Part shown: positions 62,765 through 64,000 of the stretch, piece after piece
Position numbering within the stretch: position 1 is the first letter of the stretch
Layout: each line of letters starts with the position of its first letter
Origin: an uncultured Verrucomicrobiae bacterium
GTDB lineage: Bacteria > Verrucomicrobiota > Verrucomicrobiia > Chthoniobacterales > UBA10450
Direction of reading: 5' to 3'
DNA length: 64,000 bases
Assembly: GCA_963801815.1 (NCBI GenBank)
Contig: CAWDGJ010000002.1
Coordinates: forward strand, 768,001-832,000
Program-made: the position numbers and the translations under genes
Notes under the pieces: model-generated
Seen by the model: only the letters and a program-made list of their open reading frames with translations
The model's database searches: none
Told to the model about the DNA's origin: nothing

Positions 62765-63835
62765 CTAATTTTTCGGGAGACCTTCTCGAATAAGACGCGA
62801 GAAATCCGGATCCTGATCAGCCGCGCGAGCGCGTTCGTTGATGTGACTGCGTTGCTTAAGTTCCGTGAAAGGCAAACCGCCCGTGGCAATGAGATGGCGC
62901 TCGTACAACAGCTCGTCGCCTTTGCCGTTGACCAGAATCCGCCAGTCCCACGGCATGCGCTCGCCGGGCGGGTGCTGTGTGCGGATGCTTGTGGTGCAGT
63001 TGGTGGTAATCGCGTTATACCAGCGCGGTTTGTCCCGCAGGGCGTTGAGCGAATGGATGTATTCCAGGAAACGTTCTCGCGCGCGCGCCGGAGAAATGGT
63101 CGTGCGGTAAAGATAGATGTCCTCCTTACGGTAGTTCGTTCGCAGGCGGATCACGTCGCGCTCGTCGGCCACGATGTAGATGAGTTCGAACCGCCGGTAG
63201 AGCCCGCCGACGGTTGAGTAGGTCTGGCCGAGCTTCTTGCGTGTCTCGATGGAAAAACACAGCGGCGGCGCATCAGCGAATTGGAAGCTAATGATGGGAT
63301 GCGCGATCCACGGCGAGCCCCAGTAATCGATTGCAATGTCGATCCCGGTGATCTGGGAGATGCGCACGGTGCGCGTCTCCCAATGCGGTGTATAGTCGGT
63401 TTCGGTGCGGTAGTCACAGTTGCGAACGTTGTGCAACGTCACTTCGTCGCCGTTGATCTCCGCCCATGCGAGTTGGGTCACGTCCTGTTGCCAGTTGGCC
63501 TCATTGCTCGGCTTAAGCGTGAGCCACCAAATAAGGACGGCACCGAACAGAGCGGCGAAAGCAGCGACCTTTCGCCAGAATCGCCTAACGAATACGAATA
63601 CTGCGACAAACACGATCCCGATCAGGGTGGCGACAACCTTGTTCCCGTTGCCAAATGGTGCGTCAAACCACACGGCACCGAAAGCCCAGGCAGCGCAAAT
63701 GAGGGCAACGGCTGCGAGAGAAAGCACAGCCAGGCCGTGGAAGATGCGCCTCCTCCAAGAGATATGCGCGCTGTAGCCAATCTTCCTGGCTGGTGGCACT
63801 ACGATTGCCGCGAGCAGTGTGCGTCGAGACGCCAT
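62765..63835 (-). CDS. DUF4105 domain-containing membrane protein
   Basis: NVRNCDY, IAH.I.SF.F, SIE.R, YNAITTNCTT; start codon uncertain. Confidence 0.85.
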   Translation of the reverse strand: MASRRTLLAAIVVPPARKIGYSAHISWRRRIFHGLAVLSLAAVALICAAWAFGAVWFDAPFGNGNKVVATLIGIVFVAVFVFVRRFWRKVAAFAALFGAVLIWWLTLKPSNEANWQQDVTQLAWAEINGDEVTLHNVRNCDYRTETDYTPHWETRTVRISQITGIDIAIDYWGSPWIAHPIISFQFADAPPLCFSIETRKKLGQTYSTVGGLYRRFELIYIVADERDVIRLRTNYRKEDIYLYRTTISPARARERFLEYIHSLNALRDKPRWYNAITTNCTTSIRTQHPPGERMPWDWRILVNGKGDELLYERHLIATGGLPFTELKQRSHINERARAADQDPDFSRLIREGLPKN

Positions 63836-63847
63836 CAGACGATTCGT

Positions 63848-64000
63848 TTACCGCAGCGGTCCGGGGACGATGTGCGTGTTCAACGCGATATTTGCCTCTT
63901 TTAGGTTCTGTCGCGCGAGCGGCGACGCGTCGCCGCTGATTGCAATTATCAGGCCAGAAGGTTTTTTGCCAAAATCCGACGTCTGAAGAACTCGGATGAA
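63848..64000 (-). CDS. 3' end of a hypothetical protein running off the window
   Basis: Open frame ...IAISGDASPLARQNLKEANIALNTHIVPGPLR*. Confidence 0.55.
   Translation of the reverse strand, partial: FIRVLQTSDFGKKPSGLIIAISGDASPLARQNLKEANIALNTHIVPGPLR

Noticed and set aside
62723..62765. Hammerhead ribozyme or riboswitch at the GGAC-GAAA-GTCC hairpin
   Set aside because: No CTGANGA core; better explained as the recurring palindromic DNA motif

Overview
64-kb bacterial chromosome segment. Gene content and repeat style suggest a soil Verrucomicrobiota (Chthoniobacterales-like) genome; this is inference. The left half is mostly core genome: dnaK-groES-groEL, thyA, prc, an amgK/murU-like pair, two APC permeases, purN, gpsA, plsY, mnmG and a yitJ-like gene. 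A parS site inside mnmG and a candidate oriC at about 29.5-29.85 kb suggest the window is origin-proximal. Accessory parts: (1) an HExxH (Lit/M48-like) cassette after groEL; (2) a six-gene operon of methyltransferase, DUF2064 glycosyltransferase, epimerase, MgtE, GT2 and molybdopterin oxidoreductase; (3) a compact NRPS cluster (A-T; P450; C-A-T-T*-TE(Cys)-PPTase); (4) a 3.3-kb island bounded by a duplicated 5' half of tRNA-Thr(TGT); (5) a membrane-protein region with a recurring 16-bp palindrome. Several families of REP-like and tandem-repeat palindromic elements occur, two of them carrying nested mini-elements. About seven single-base indels break genes, which suggests sequencing errors, so gene fusions and splits need read-level checks.
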